Assembly (NCBI RefSeq): GCF_006345805.1
Contig: NC_043000.1
Span: forward strand, 64,046,001-64,110,000
Origin: Octopus sinensis
Taxonomy: Eukaryota
Length of the DNA: 64,000 bases
Reading direction: 5' to 3'
Shown: piece after piece, positions 24,435 through 35,714 of the stretch
Numbering within the stretch: the stretch's first letter is position 1
Layout: each line of letters begins with the position of its first letter
Position numbers and translations under genes: made by a program
The notes under the pieces: generated by a model
Databases searched by the model: none
Told to the model about the DNA's origin: nothing
The model's input: only the letters and a program-made list of their open reading frames with translations

Positions 24435-24865
24435 ACTCTTTACTCTTTTACTCTTTTACTTGTTTCAGTCATTTGACTGTGGCCATGCTGGAGTACCGCC
24501 TTTAGTTGAGCAAATTGACCCCAGGACTTATTCTTTGTAAGCCTAGTACTTGTTCTATCAGTCTCTTTTGCTGAACCGCTAAGTTACGGAGACATAAACA
24601 CACCAGCATCAGTTGTCAAGCGATGTTTGGGGACAAACACAGACACACAAACATATACATACACGTACACACACACACACATATATATACACACATATAT
24701 ATGACAGGCTTCTTTCAGTTTCCGTTTACCAAATCCACTCACAAGGCTTTGGTCGGCCTGAGGCTATAGTAGAAGACACTTGCCCAAGGTGCCACGCAGT
24801 GGGACTGAACTCACAACCATGTGGTTGGTAAGTAAGCTACTTACCACACAGCCACTCCTACGCCT
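24435..24865 (-). mobile_element. Full-length SINE family A
   Basis: Highly similar to 20260-20672; (actcttt)n tail. Confidence 0.92.
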
Positions 24866-27604
24866 ATATGTCCACAAAATTTGCTGTAAACATTTTTGCC
24901 ATGGAAAAATTTACTGCAAGTAATTTCACCATAAAGGAAGCACATAAGCAGATTGTAAACTAGATAATTTGTTTTGAAGAAATCTGACATGACCATCTTT
25001 TATGACCATCTTGTATTATTTTCTTACATGATTATCTTGTTATTTTCTGGTATAGTATATCTAGGACTACCTTATCCAATTTTTCCTTCCTTGATTAAGA
25101 CAATAGGATGTAATTTGAAGAAGATTTGGCCTCTATTTCTAACAGGTCAAACAACCTCTTTGCGGCCTGCCTTTTGGTTCATGGCACATGTAATGTGAAA
25201 TGACTACAGCCAGAATTTAACACTGGGTTTCAGGTTTTGCTCACAGAACTTTTACTTAACCCCTGTAACACTTAATGTGGATGGTAAAAGTAAAGTAATT
25301 TCCTGATACTTGGACACTATATTAATGACAGTTTGGGAAACATTTGAAGATATAACCACTACATTGAGCGAGTTAGATAACAGACTTGAATTACATGTCT
25401 TGGCTTCCAATGGCAACACTATTGTTTCAGGCTTGTTTATCTTTTCTTAAGATGGCGGAGTAAATTTAAAGGAGGTTTACTTGCTAATTTTAATGGGTCA
25501 AGTTGCCATATAGAAGCTCATGTACAGGCAGTCAGGCTGCACACTGTACAATATATCACTCCTATTCAGAATGCATCGTACTGCAATAGAATATACCATT
25601 TAATAATTTCTTGCTTAATCATTTCTCACATAACAATTCTTCGTTCATATTATATACTTTTGATAAATGTAAAAATAAAAATTTAAGAGTTAATTATGTG
25701 AAATAATTGCTAAACATTAAGAATAATTGTCCAGAAAGATTAATTATCACAATGTATCTCAGTAATGTGATTATTCATTCACTAATTTTGTGTGCACGAA
25801 CTGTATTCACATTATCTTCATTATTCTTTTGTGTTAAAACTTTCGAATTTATTCACCCTTCCCCTTGGGATTGCTAATTCAACATTTCTAGCCAAATCCA
25901 GGGTGCCTTAATACAACATAACAAATGAAATAAGTCACCTTGGGAATATCTGTAAATCTACTTAATTTTTTAAATAATGTAATGTATTCCAGCTATTTTT
26001 CATTGTTAGTAGGTTTATCATTTTGTTTAGATGACCTAATCACACTCCATGGCAAAATGTGTATCAAATTTAAAGAGTAACTACAATTGAGAATTTCAGA
26101 TTTGCAATAGCAGTCATTACAGTTAAGAATGTAACCACTGTTTTTAATATTATTTCAATATGAATTTGCTTCTCACTTAAAAACGGGAAATTTGGAAGCA
26201 GTTGAATTGTTAAGCCAAAGTATTCCTGTATGGCCACCAGTCAGGAGCAGACACAGTATATCTAAAATATCAGATATGTGGCTCAACTACCTGCATGTTG
26301 CAGGTCTGTTCGATCAGCGTTAGCCTTGTGCTAAACCACAACAAAACCACAAGGTGAATTCTACTACATTATCCCAGAAAACAAAGAAATATCTGACTTG
26401 CAATCTTCATAAATTTCCTCATTGACATTCAATTAGCAACATTGTCGTTGTCGTCTTTGTCATCATCATCCTCATTTTCATGTCTGCTTTTGCCATGTTG
26501 GCATAGGTTGGACAAGATTTACTGAAGCAGTATTTCTGTGGTTAGGTGCCCTTCCTGTCACCAACACTTACTTGTTTCCAAAATAAGGTACTTTGTTTTA
26601 TTATTCCCCTAGTCTTTATATGTGGAAATGACTGAACTACAACATATTGTTTGCAAGGGAGATAAACAAGTCACGGTCACACAAACAGTGGCAAGAAAGC
26701 GCACACACACACACACACATACACACACACACAGATTTCCATACAGTTTCCATCTCCCATCTACCAAAATTTCCCTTAAAAAGCATTAGTTGACTTTAGG
26801 CTAAAGTAGAAGACACTTGTCCAAGGTGCCATGCAGTGGGACAGAACCCAAAACCTTGTGGTTGTTAAGTGAACTTCTTAACTACACAACCTATATTAAA
26901 CATCCACAGGAATAGATATGACATAAAGTCAACAAAAAACAACAACAAATGAATCATATACTCTACTAAGGTTTAAACTGCATATCCCAGACTGATGATG
27001 TTTGTCATCCAACTGTATTTTTATAACAACTGGTACAATTTATTTTGCTGTCACTTTTATTTTTAGCTTTTGCACTAACTAAAAATACTTAAGCTACTGA
27101 ATCAGCTTGTTGGCAAAAATTAAGCATCTATAATAAGAGACATTGAACAGCTTAATGACATGCTGTGAACTGTTACCTTCCAAAGGTATGACGCTATTAT
27201 TATCTCGTTAGTTAAACAGCCACACTATAACAATTGGTGGATATGTCCACTATAAAAAGGTTCTCCATTCTTCTACAGCAAAAACTCTTTGGAAATTCTG
27301 AAGTGGTTCAGTAGCTCGATTCAAGAAGCAATACAGTTATATATATGTGACTCTGTATGTTTGTGTGTGTGTGTGTGTGCACGTGCATGCAAGTTGTAAA
27401 GAACATGGTTAGATGATGCTTTTCTTTTGTATGTGGTATAAAACACCAAAGTACATAACACACACTGGCTGAGAATCACATTGAGTTTAGTTAAATATTT
27501 AGTTCAGTATCATGGCATCACATCAGTATCCAGAGGTTGTTGAAGCAACAGCACTATAGTTAAGTCATGGTACAGAAGTTACAAGCACTATATATATTTA
27601 TATA

Positions 27605-27866
27605 TCATCACCATCATCATTTAACTTCCGTTTTTCATGCTGACATGGGTTGGATGGTTTGACAGAAGCTGGATAGGCAGAAGATTGCACTAGGCTTCAC
27701 TGTCTGTTTTGACATGGTTTTTACCACTAGATGCCATCCATAATACCAACCACCTTGTAGAGTGGACTGAGTGCTTTTTACATGGCACCATCCTATCGAG
27801 GTCTGTTTTAGCATGATTTTTACAGCTGGATGCCCTTCCAAATGCCAACCATTTTAGTGTGGACTG
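27605..27866 (-). mobile_element. Non-autonomous RTE-tailed retroelement
   Basis: (CAT)n tail and ggatgcccttcc..gccaacc duplication as at 5288-5660. Confidence 0.75.
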
Positions 27867-27868
27867 TG

Positions 27869-27914
<46 letters not shown>

Positions 27915-27939
27915 TGTGTGTGTATATATATGTGACTGC

Positions 27940-28140
27940 ATGTGTATTGTAGGCGATTTTTTTCCTTTGTCTTCTCTTCCTTGGATCTTTCTTTTTCTAT
28001 ATTTCTTATGAAGGGGTCCACTCGAAATGTTAAATCCACCTTCTTTCTTTCCTTTCCTGAGCGTCCAGTACCACTATACTTGTTCGATGTTCTCGCATTG
28101 TTGGGTTTTCTCCTTGTGTTTTCATGTTTGGATTAACTCT
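27940..28140 (+). repeat. Microsatellite-embedded 200-bp repeat with degenerate hammerhead-like motif
   Basis: Colinear with 62610-62800; core here reads cttatgaaggggtccactcgaaatgttaaa; partial third copy at 38385-38480. Confidence 0.8.
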
Positions 28141-28154
28141 ACATATATATATAT

Positions 28155-28208
<54 letters not shown>

Positions 28209-28709
28209 AAACACACAGGATATGTGTTTGCCATGTTGTTAAAACTTGAGATATACCCAATATTGACACTACTTATGCATTATCAGTAGCATATAATATT
28301 TTGTGAAAACATTTTTGTTCAATTTGGCAGAGGAAATAAGAACATTAAAATTTTTGTTGATGTCCTGTTGATGCTTCATGTTAACATCCCACACAGCACT
28401 GGGCCATGTGCCTGTGTGTGCGACTGGGTAAAGGCACAACAAACCCATTCATCCATTCTCCAGAAGTGCCCTGTTGATGTTTCACATTTCCAGTCCTGTG
28501 CAATGCAACATGGCCCCGGCAGCATGTCTGCTTTCTATGTCATCCATGTCTGAACTATATAATGCAAAATGTTCATACAAAGAAAACAAACTGCTGTTGT
28601 GACTCACAGCCATTTGAGTTTGACAATGTGACCACTTCCAGAAGCTATGCTCGCCACCTGCAATTAGTCCCCCCATGTTCCCACCCCCGTTTAGTCGCAC
28701 AAGTAAATA

Positions 28710-30504
28710 CAGGGTGTCCCAGAATTAATGATGATTTGAATGAAATCAGATGCATTTTTTTTAAAACTCACTTTTATTTATGTTTATCATGTTTAATATG
28801 TGTTAAAAGTGTATAAATTTTGAATTTTATTTGTAACTAGCAGCATAGCCCGGCATTGCCCGGGTATGTAAGAAACTTTGTCAATAAGCAATGCCCTTTA
28901 CCTTTTTACCCTTTTTTGAACTCATTGAACCGTTATTTTGTAAAATGAAGCCTAAAAGACATTAAGGCATTCAAGGCACCGTTCCCTTGCATGCATGAAG
29001 AAAATCTATGACAGTCAAAATGCATTTTCTGGTTTTGTTTAGCACACCCAACCCAGTTCTGCGGGATCAGTGTCACGACGGGAACGCATGGGTTGGGAGT
29101 TGGACAGGCAGAGGTGATAAGGTTGCACATGCCGGCCCTTTTGACACCGCCCCTCCAAACCCAAGTTGGGTTCGGACCACAGCTAAGCCCTACCTAATGC
29201 TAACTTAAGTCTAGCGAAAGGGGGCTCAGAAGCCTCTAGTAGGCAATGACTAATCCCGATCTAGTCCTTTCTCTCTAGGGAACGAAGGCGCATGTGTAGG
29301 TTGCAACGTCTTCTCTTCACTCCAATACTTCTGTGTATATGATGTTCCTAGCTGAAGCGGCAAAAATCAACTAAATTGCCTGAAATCCGCGAACTATTTA
29401 ACAAAAGTCAGTTTTGTAGGGTTCGCATGGTTGGTCTTAAAGTGATATGGTTTTGTCGATTTCTCCCAATACTTGTTAACTGCATTGACAAAAGGTCGTT
29501 AGTTTGACATTTAATGCAAACTTGATGTCCAACATCGGTGTAAGGAAAATCTATGTGAACTTTCAAAAATTATCGCAGAAAAATCGGTTTGCTATGTGTG
29601 CCACATATGATGTAATTAACCGATTTTTTCCAGTAATAACGTATCCTATTGGAATCAAAAGGGCCATATAACTCCTTGGACATGATGCTCGCTGTGAATT
29701 TCAAAAAAATTCCTGCGAATTTGTTAAAGATATTGTTAAAAATATGTCATCTTGAATTTGAATGCGATTTCCCAAAATGGATTGATTTTATCGATTTTTA
29801 CTAATGGTAATGTATTGCAAGGAAAACTAACGTCAGAATTAAGTTCCTTACAGTAGCATTAAGCTTCACCATGAGTTTGGTGAAAATCGATTGCAAGTTG
29901 CGAAAACTACAACAGAAAATGTGTTGCATATGATAAGTTTAGATTCTCGACCCCATGTCAAATTTATCGATTATTTTCATAACTGGGGGAACTTTTCAAA
30001 ATTTTTACTGCGTTAGTTTTGAATTATGACATTGGGCTATGTGTGTGTCAAGTTTCATCAGAATCGGTTGAAAGCCGAGGTCAGGGTGAGGGTACAACCT
30101 GACAGACACACAGACAGACAAACTGCCTTTTATATATATATATAGATAGATTTTAATTTTCATTCCTGTTGGATCCTTCTTATTTGTCCATGATAACTTT
30201 TTTTCAATTTGGCATCAGTCATTTTCTTTACCTCCATCCCCAAGATGGAGCAATCATTTAGCTGAGCTTAAAGAACACATTCAGTTAGCAGTGCAGGAGC
30301 TAATTCCTGGAATGCTTCAAAATGTGTTTCACAGTGCTAAGGAGATGTTAGAAGTATGCAGGGATACAGACATGTTGAAAATTTTCAATAAACGTTTGAC
30401 GTAAGATTTATAAATCTTTTTGTTTTGGTAGTAAACATAAAATTCTGTCAGTTTTTTAAAAATTTGCTCAATTTCATTGAAACAGTTAATTCTAGAACAC
30501 CCTG
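28710..30504 (+). mobile_element. Internally deleted Tc1/mariner-superfamily element interrupted by a Helitron
   Basis: TA-cagggtgtcccagaattaa ... ttaattctagaacaccctg-TA; residual C-terminal coding LAELKEHIQLAVQELIPGMLQNVF at about 30258-30330. Confidence 0.75.
28837..30150 (-). mobile_element. Non-autonomous Helitron
   Basis: Minus strand starts TC(tatctatatata..aaaaggcagtttgtctgtctg), ends with GC hairpin cccgggcaatgccggg about 8 nt before terminal CTAG, sits between A and T with no TSD. Confidence 0.85.
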
Positions 30505-31033
30505 TATGGTGTAGCATTGTTAGTTGTTGTGTTGCTCAAGTAAATATTAAAATCAAAGGTTTTCTCACCGTAAACATCCCATCTTTAAGCATATTGTATC
30601 AAGGGGTATATTATCCAAAATGTATCTCTCCTTTATAGGCGTGGCTGTGTGGTTGAGAAGCTTGCTTTCTAACCATGTCACATTGGGTTCAGTCTCACTG
30701 TATGGCCCATTGGGCAATTCTGTTTCATTACAGCACTGTGCTGACCTAATCCTTGTGTATTATATAACTGCCATTACTGTATTGATATATGAAATAACAT
30801 ATACAACTCACTTACTATTGTCATACAATAAACAAACAGAAGTTCATGTATGAAATTGATCTTTTTTCTCTTTTTTCTACTTCAATTATTACATGTTTTT
30901 TCCTTATAAAATACACACATACAGGAGTAAATCTATATATATAATAACATTTTGAATGTGGCTTCCAAGAAACAGTAAAAGTAATTACCAGATCAATAAC
31001 AGGTACTACTGCTAGTATATATATATTTTAATA

Positions 31034-31239
31034 GGGAAGCCCAGTTCATGGGATTACATTGGGTTTTCTGTCCATAAAGGGTTTAGTTTTATGGCATGTA
31101 GTCAGACCCCAAAACCTGTTGGCCTAAAACCTCTTCAAAATAGGTCTTAGGCCAACAGGTTTTGGGGTCTGATGATATACTATAAAGCTAAACCCTTTAT
31201 GGACGGAAACCCATGGTAATCCCATAAACTGGCCTTCCC
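31034..31239. repeat. About 205-bp palindrome (two roughly 98-bp arms, 10-nt spacer)
   Basis: gggaag..cagaccccaaaacctgttggcctaaaacct / aggtcttaggccaacaggttttggggtctg..cttccc. Confidence 0.92.
31160..31228 (+). ncRNA. Putative type I hammerhead ribozyme
   Basis: Stem I uuuuggggu/aucccauaaa, core CUGAUGA (31169-31175), stem II cuauaaag/cuuuaugg, GAAA (31206-31209), short stem III CC/GG, GUA site (cut predicted after 31218). Base of stem II is imperfect. Confidence 0.65.
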
Positions 31240-31311
31240 CAGTAAAATATAATTTGCTCTATATCTTAGAGTATGCTTCTTCTCCAGATTTATGTTTTCT
31301 ACAAATGATAT

Positions 31312-32190
31312 CTGTGGTCTGATCAATAAGTATCTGGTCTGTTGTCATAGTAATGAAGCTAAAGTATGAAAAATGAAGTCAGCATAGATTGACCTTAAAC
31401 TCTTCTGTGAATGTGCACTAAGTTTTAACATTCTAACTCACTCCTGCAGTGCTTGGAAGGAAGGTGTGTAGTGTATGATCATCACATTGACCATGACAGA
31501 GGAAGTTGAACAGAGAATCTGCATCAAATTTTGCCAAAAGCTTGCCAATATCTGCTCAGAGTCCTATGCAAAGTTTTTAAAATGTTTTCATCATTCTCGA
31601 CACAATCAAGGAGATTTTGTGCAACTACCTGAGTGTCTTTTTGGTCAGATGAAAGCAGTTTTGGCACAAACTTAACAGACACATGTCTCATACCCAAATC
31701 TTCAGTAATAATGGACTGAACTGAACCATAACTGATCTGCACATCCTCTGATAACTCACAGATGATGATTTGATGATTTCCTCTCACTGCTGCATGCACA
31801 TCTGTGATGTTTTTCTCTGTTCTACTGTTTGGAGGTCTCCTAGAATGTTCATCGATATTGACATTTTTTGGCCATCTTGGAAACATCTGAACCCCTTATA
31901 AACTTGTGTGCAGCTCATACACTCCTCTCCATACACTTTCTGCAACATTGCGTAGGTCTCTGAGCAGGTATCGCCATGACAACTTTCTCTGTCATGATCA
32001 ATGCGACAATCACATGCTACACACCTTCCTTCCAAGCACTGCTGTAAACAGCAGAAGTGAGATAGAACGTTAAAACTTAGTGTGCATGCACAGCAGAGTT
32101 CAGGGTCAATTTTTGCCAAGTAGCTTCACTCTGCATGCTTTAGCTTCGTTACTATGGCAACAGTCAAGATACTTATTGATCAGGTCATGT
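31312..32190. mobile_element. Mariner derivative built from two inverted 5' ends
   Basis: Both ends carry ctgatcaataagtatct..ctgttg(t/c)catagtaa and about 250 bp of shared leader plus transposase start (EQRICIKFCQKL); minus ORF 31524-31886 has SRRPPNS, EDLGMRHVSVKFVPKLL. Confidence 0.88.
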
Positions 32191-32194
32191 ATTA

Positions 32195-33580
32195 TTGTTT
32201 GAAGAAAATGGCTCATTCTCAGCAGATCCACTGAGGATAAGTGAAATACTGAATGTGCAATACAAAAGTGTTTTCACAACTCTGTTGGGACACTTGCAAA
32301 TAGCTATGCATGATGAGTTCTTTAGCACCACAGGTCTACACAAACAAATGGCAATTATTGATTACATTGAATTAGAGGAAATTAATTTTATATTAGCCAT
32401 TGATGAAATGAGCTTAAAATCAGCCACAGTACCAGATGGATATCCAGCAACCATCCTAAAGAAATGCAAAGGGGCTCTAGCAAGACTACTGCAGATTCTT
32501 ATTTTTACAAATGGGAAACTTCTAAAATAATTAAAGGAAGGCATATAGAATCCTTGGATCTGCATTAAGATCTGAAATGTAAAATCTTCTCTACTTTGAG
32601 GTTCCAGTGTTGATTGCACCCATTACAGCCACATATTGTGATGAACTACATCTACCAACATTATAATGGATCTCCAAGCCCCCAGAAACAGCTGTTAGAG
32701 TTATAACACCTTTCTTCCAACCCTGTAATTTCTAAGATCTACCCCATACTCTTACAACCTACCTAACCATACGTCATCTTTCCCACTCTCTCTGTCTGTG
32801 TCTGTCTGTCGGTCCCCTCCCTCTCTCTCTCTCTCCTCTTTCAATCTTCCCCTTTCTACTGTAGCATTAACATTATTATTACTATTCTACTACACTTTAC
32901 TCCAAATTTCTCTCACCTACATTGTCCAACTCATATGTATTATTGGTCACTCTTCAACCTAGCCCAATTTTTACAGTTGTTACCTATTCTTCTTACTTAT
33001 CTCCAGGATGCAGAGAGGCTGGCACAGGATCACCAGTGATGAAGAGCACTGGTGGACATGTTTGGCTCTCTGCATAATGATGTCTCTGGGATCACTAGAC
33101 CTGGAATGACCCCAGCCCTGTCAAGCAAGAAAATGAAGCAGTAGCAGAAGCAGCTACATATCTCTCAACACTTGCCCTTCATTATATTCACCCTCTCACC
33201 CATTCCCTATTGCTAACTATTTCTCACTCCCCAATACACTCTTGCAACCTCTACACACCCACACTTCTTGCTCACCTGTACATACTCATGTCTACTCACC
33301 TCATACCTTTAAAATCTACCCTGACACCTTATCACTACTATTTTGCTCTCTTTCCAGCTCTCACTCTTTCTCTTATAATGTGAGAAGCCATGTAGCTACT
33401 TTACAGTGAAAAATATGTTTTCTCTAACTTCACATATCAGCAAAGTCATTGAATGCATTGTCAGGAGGAAGCTGATCACGTTCCTAAAAGATAATGAGTT
33501 GCTCCCTGATATCCAGCATGGCATCTGCTCAGGAAAAAGCTGCCTTACACATCTTTTGCAGCTTTATGACTGGGAGGTGG
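32195..33580 (+). mobile_element. CR1/Jockey-group LINE ORF2 remnant split by an insertion (about 32550-33400)
   Basis: SEILNVQYKSVFT..KSATVPDGYPATILKKC (32195-32530) resumes as SLTSHISKVIECIV..QHGICSGKSCLTHLL (33406-33575). Confidence 0.8.
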
Positions 33581-34089
33581 TGGGGATGTGGTGAAAAAAA
33601 ATCATAAATTGGAAAAATCTTCATCAAAACAAATTTATGTGGGTGTTCAGTCTGAAACTTTGCCTTTTAATTCTCTTATTTTATCACAAAATTTGTATAT
33701 ATTTCAAAACTAGTTTTTAAAAATTCTTTGTAAAATAAGATTTCTGCAATTTTCAGTTTCTCCTTTTTAACTATGTAGCCAACTTAAAAATAAACAAAAC
33801 ATAATGATAATTTAGAAAAAAAACTTTGCCTTTCATCTTTTTGGGGTTGATGAAATAAGTACCCGTTGATCACTGGGACTGATGTTATCAACTTAGCCAC
33901 ATCCCCAGAATCTAATATTAATAGGGTTTGCCATTTTTTTTTATTTTTTGAAAATTTTCATCTTTGTTTTGTTTTAATTATTTATAAAAAAAATATTAAA
34001 AAACACGTAAAAGAATAAAACAATGTGTGTGTGTATGTGCATGTGTTTGTATGTATGTATGCATATATGTGTGTGTATGTGTGTATGTA

Positions 34090-34305
34090 TGAGAGGCACC
34101 AAAAAGTTCCTGGTTTTAAGGGTATCATGAAAGGCCTGATTGGAAGCCCAGCCTTCTGAGTTCTTTTACATGGCTTAGAATAACCGAAGGATTGCCGCAA
34201 TAATTGTGTGAATCTGAGAGGGGAATATGTTGAATAAAATCATGATTAACTGATCCTCCTGTATTTTCTTTTACCCAATGCCAGGAACTTTTCAGCACCT
34301 CCTTG
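34090..34305. mobile_element. Mariner-type MITE
   Basis: gagaggcaccaaaaagttcctgg ... ccaggaacttttcagcacctcct, TA-flanked; same family as 8080-8450. Confidence 0.75.
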
Positions 34306-34326
34306 TATGTATATATATGCATGTAT

Positions 34327-35400
34327 ATTGGGTCATCCCATAAATAATATTTTTTATACTTCTTTTATTTATCAAAATTAAGATAAACAAAATTCTTTTC
34401 TAATCTAAAATATACTCTTCTTCGTTTTCTATAATGCTCTTCCATCTATCTGGTAGACTTGCAAGGTCCCTCTTCCAAAATTCACTTGTACGTGACAAAA
34501 AATACTCCTTCAGTACTGTTCTGGCCTTGTCTACAGAATTCACATTTTTTCCATCCAAGTGATTTTGAAGACTGCAGAATAAGTGATAATCAGATGGGAT
34601 AATGTTCAGCGAATATGATGGGGCACCGTTTCCCATTCAAAATGCTCCAACCTTTGGAATGTTGTATGTAGCCAAGCATTATCCTGATGGAAGAACACCT
34701 TTCATTGTGAAACCAAAGAGAGTAATTTTTCTTCTAGCACTGACTTAAGCTATTCAAGCTGCTCACAGTAAATCTCCTTTCTTATCATTTGGTTTCAGTT
34801 TAAAAGTTCAAAGTGGACTAAAACTTTCATATCTCACCAAACAGATAACAACACCTTACGTGGGTGAAGACCTTCTTTAGCCTAGAGTGCCAGTGTTTCT
34901 CTTTTCCCTAACCACTGTCTTCGGTGCTTGACATTTTTATAGAGAACCCATTTCTCATTACTAGTCATTATTCAGTTCAAAAAAGGTTCATTCGTGAGAT
35001 GTGACAGCAAAGAAGAGTACACATTCACTCTCTGTGCAGGATTAGACTCGGAAAGTTTGTGATGAACCCATTGCCCCAATTTGCTGACTTTTCCGATGGC
35101 ACACTGGTGTCGATGAATGGCTGAATGACCAAATCCAAGCTTCTCTGCTAGTTCCTTAACAGTTACAATGGGATTTTATTCCACCAGGGTTTGCAGGATA
35201 TCCACATCAAGCTCTACAGATCTTCCAGGATGAGATTCATCTTCTAGGCTATAGTTTCTGGTTTGGAATTTCTGGAACCACCTTTGACACTGGCTTATGC
35301 TTATTGTCTGATCCCCATATACTGCATTAATATTCCTTGCACTTTCCATTGCATTGTTGCTTTTATTGAATTCATAAAGAAAAATTAGATCATTGGTGAA
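34327..35400 (-). mobile_element. Mariner transposase pseudogene
   Basis: Minus-strand motifs WVHHKL, LHPRKVLLSVW, FHQDNA, PSYSLNIIPSDYHLF, LPDRWKSII; TIR-like ttgggtcatcccataaataat at 34328. Confidence 0.88.
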
Positions 35401-35714
35401 TAGTTTGAAACAGAGCCTACATGTTTACATTGGCCTGAGCCTGATACCAGCTTTTTACAATATATCATTATCATCATAATTTAATGTCCACTTTTCAATG
35501 CTTGCATGGGTTAAGGTAATTTTGGGGGCAGATTTTCCTAGAGCTGGGTACCTTTCCTTGTTACCAACACTTACCTGTTTGCACCCAAGGTAATATTTCC
35601 CTATGGTCAGATATATTTTTCTTGGAAGAAGACTAGAAATGGAAATCATTTTTATGACAGTGATGCTTGTTTACAACTATTATATGATGTCAAGACAAGG
35701 GAACACACATACAT

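Noticed and set aside
28210-28700. Possible additional DNA-transposon remnant
   Set aside because: No TIR or transposase motif could be established by eye.
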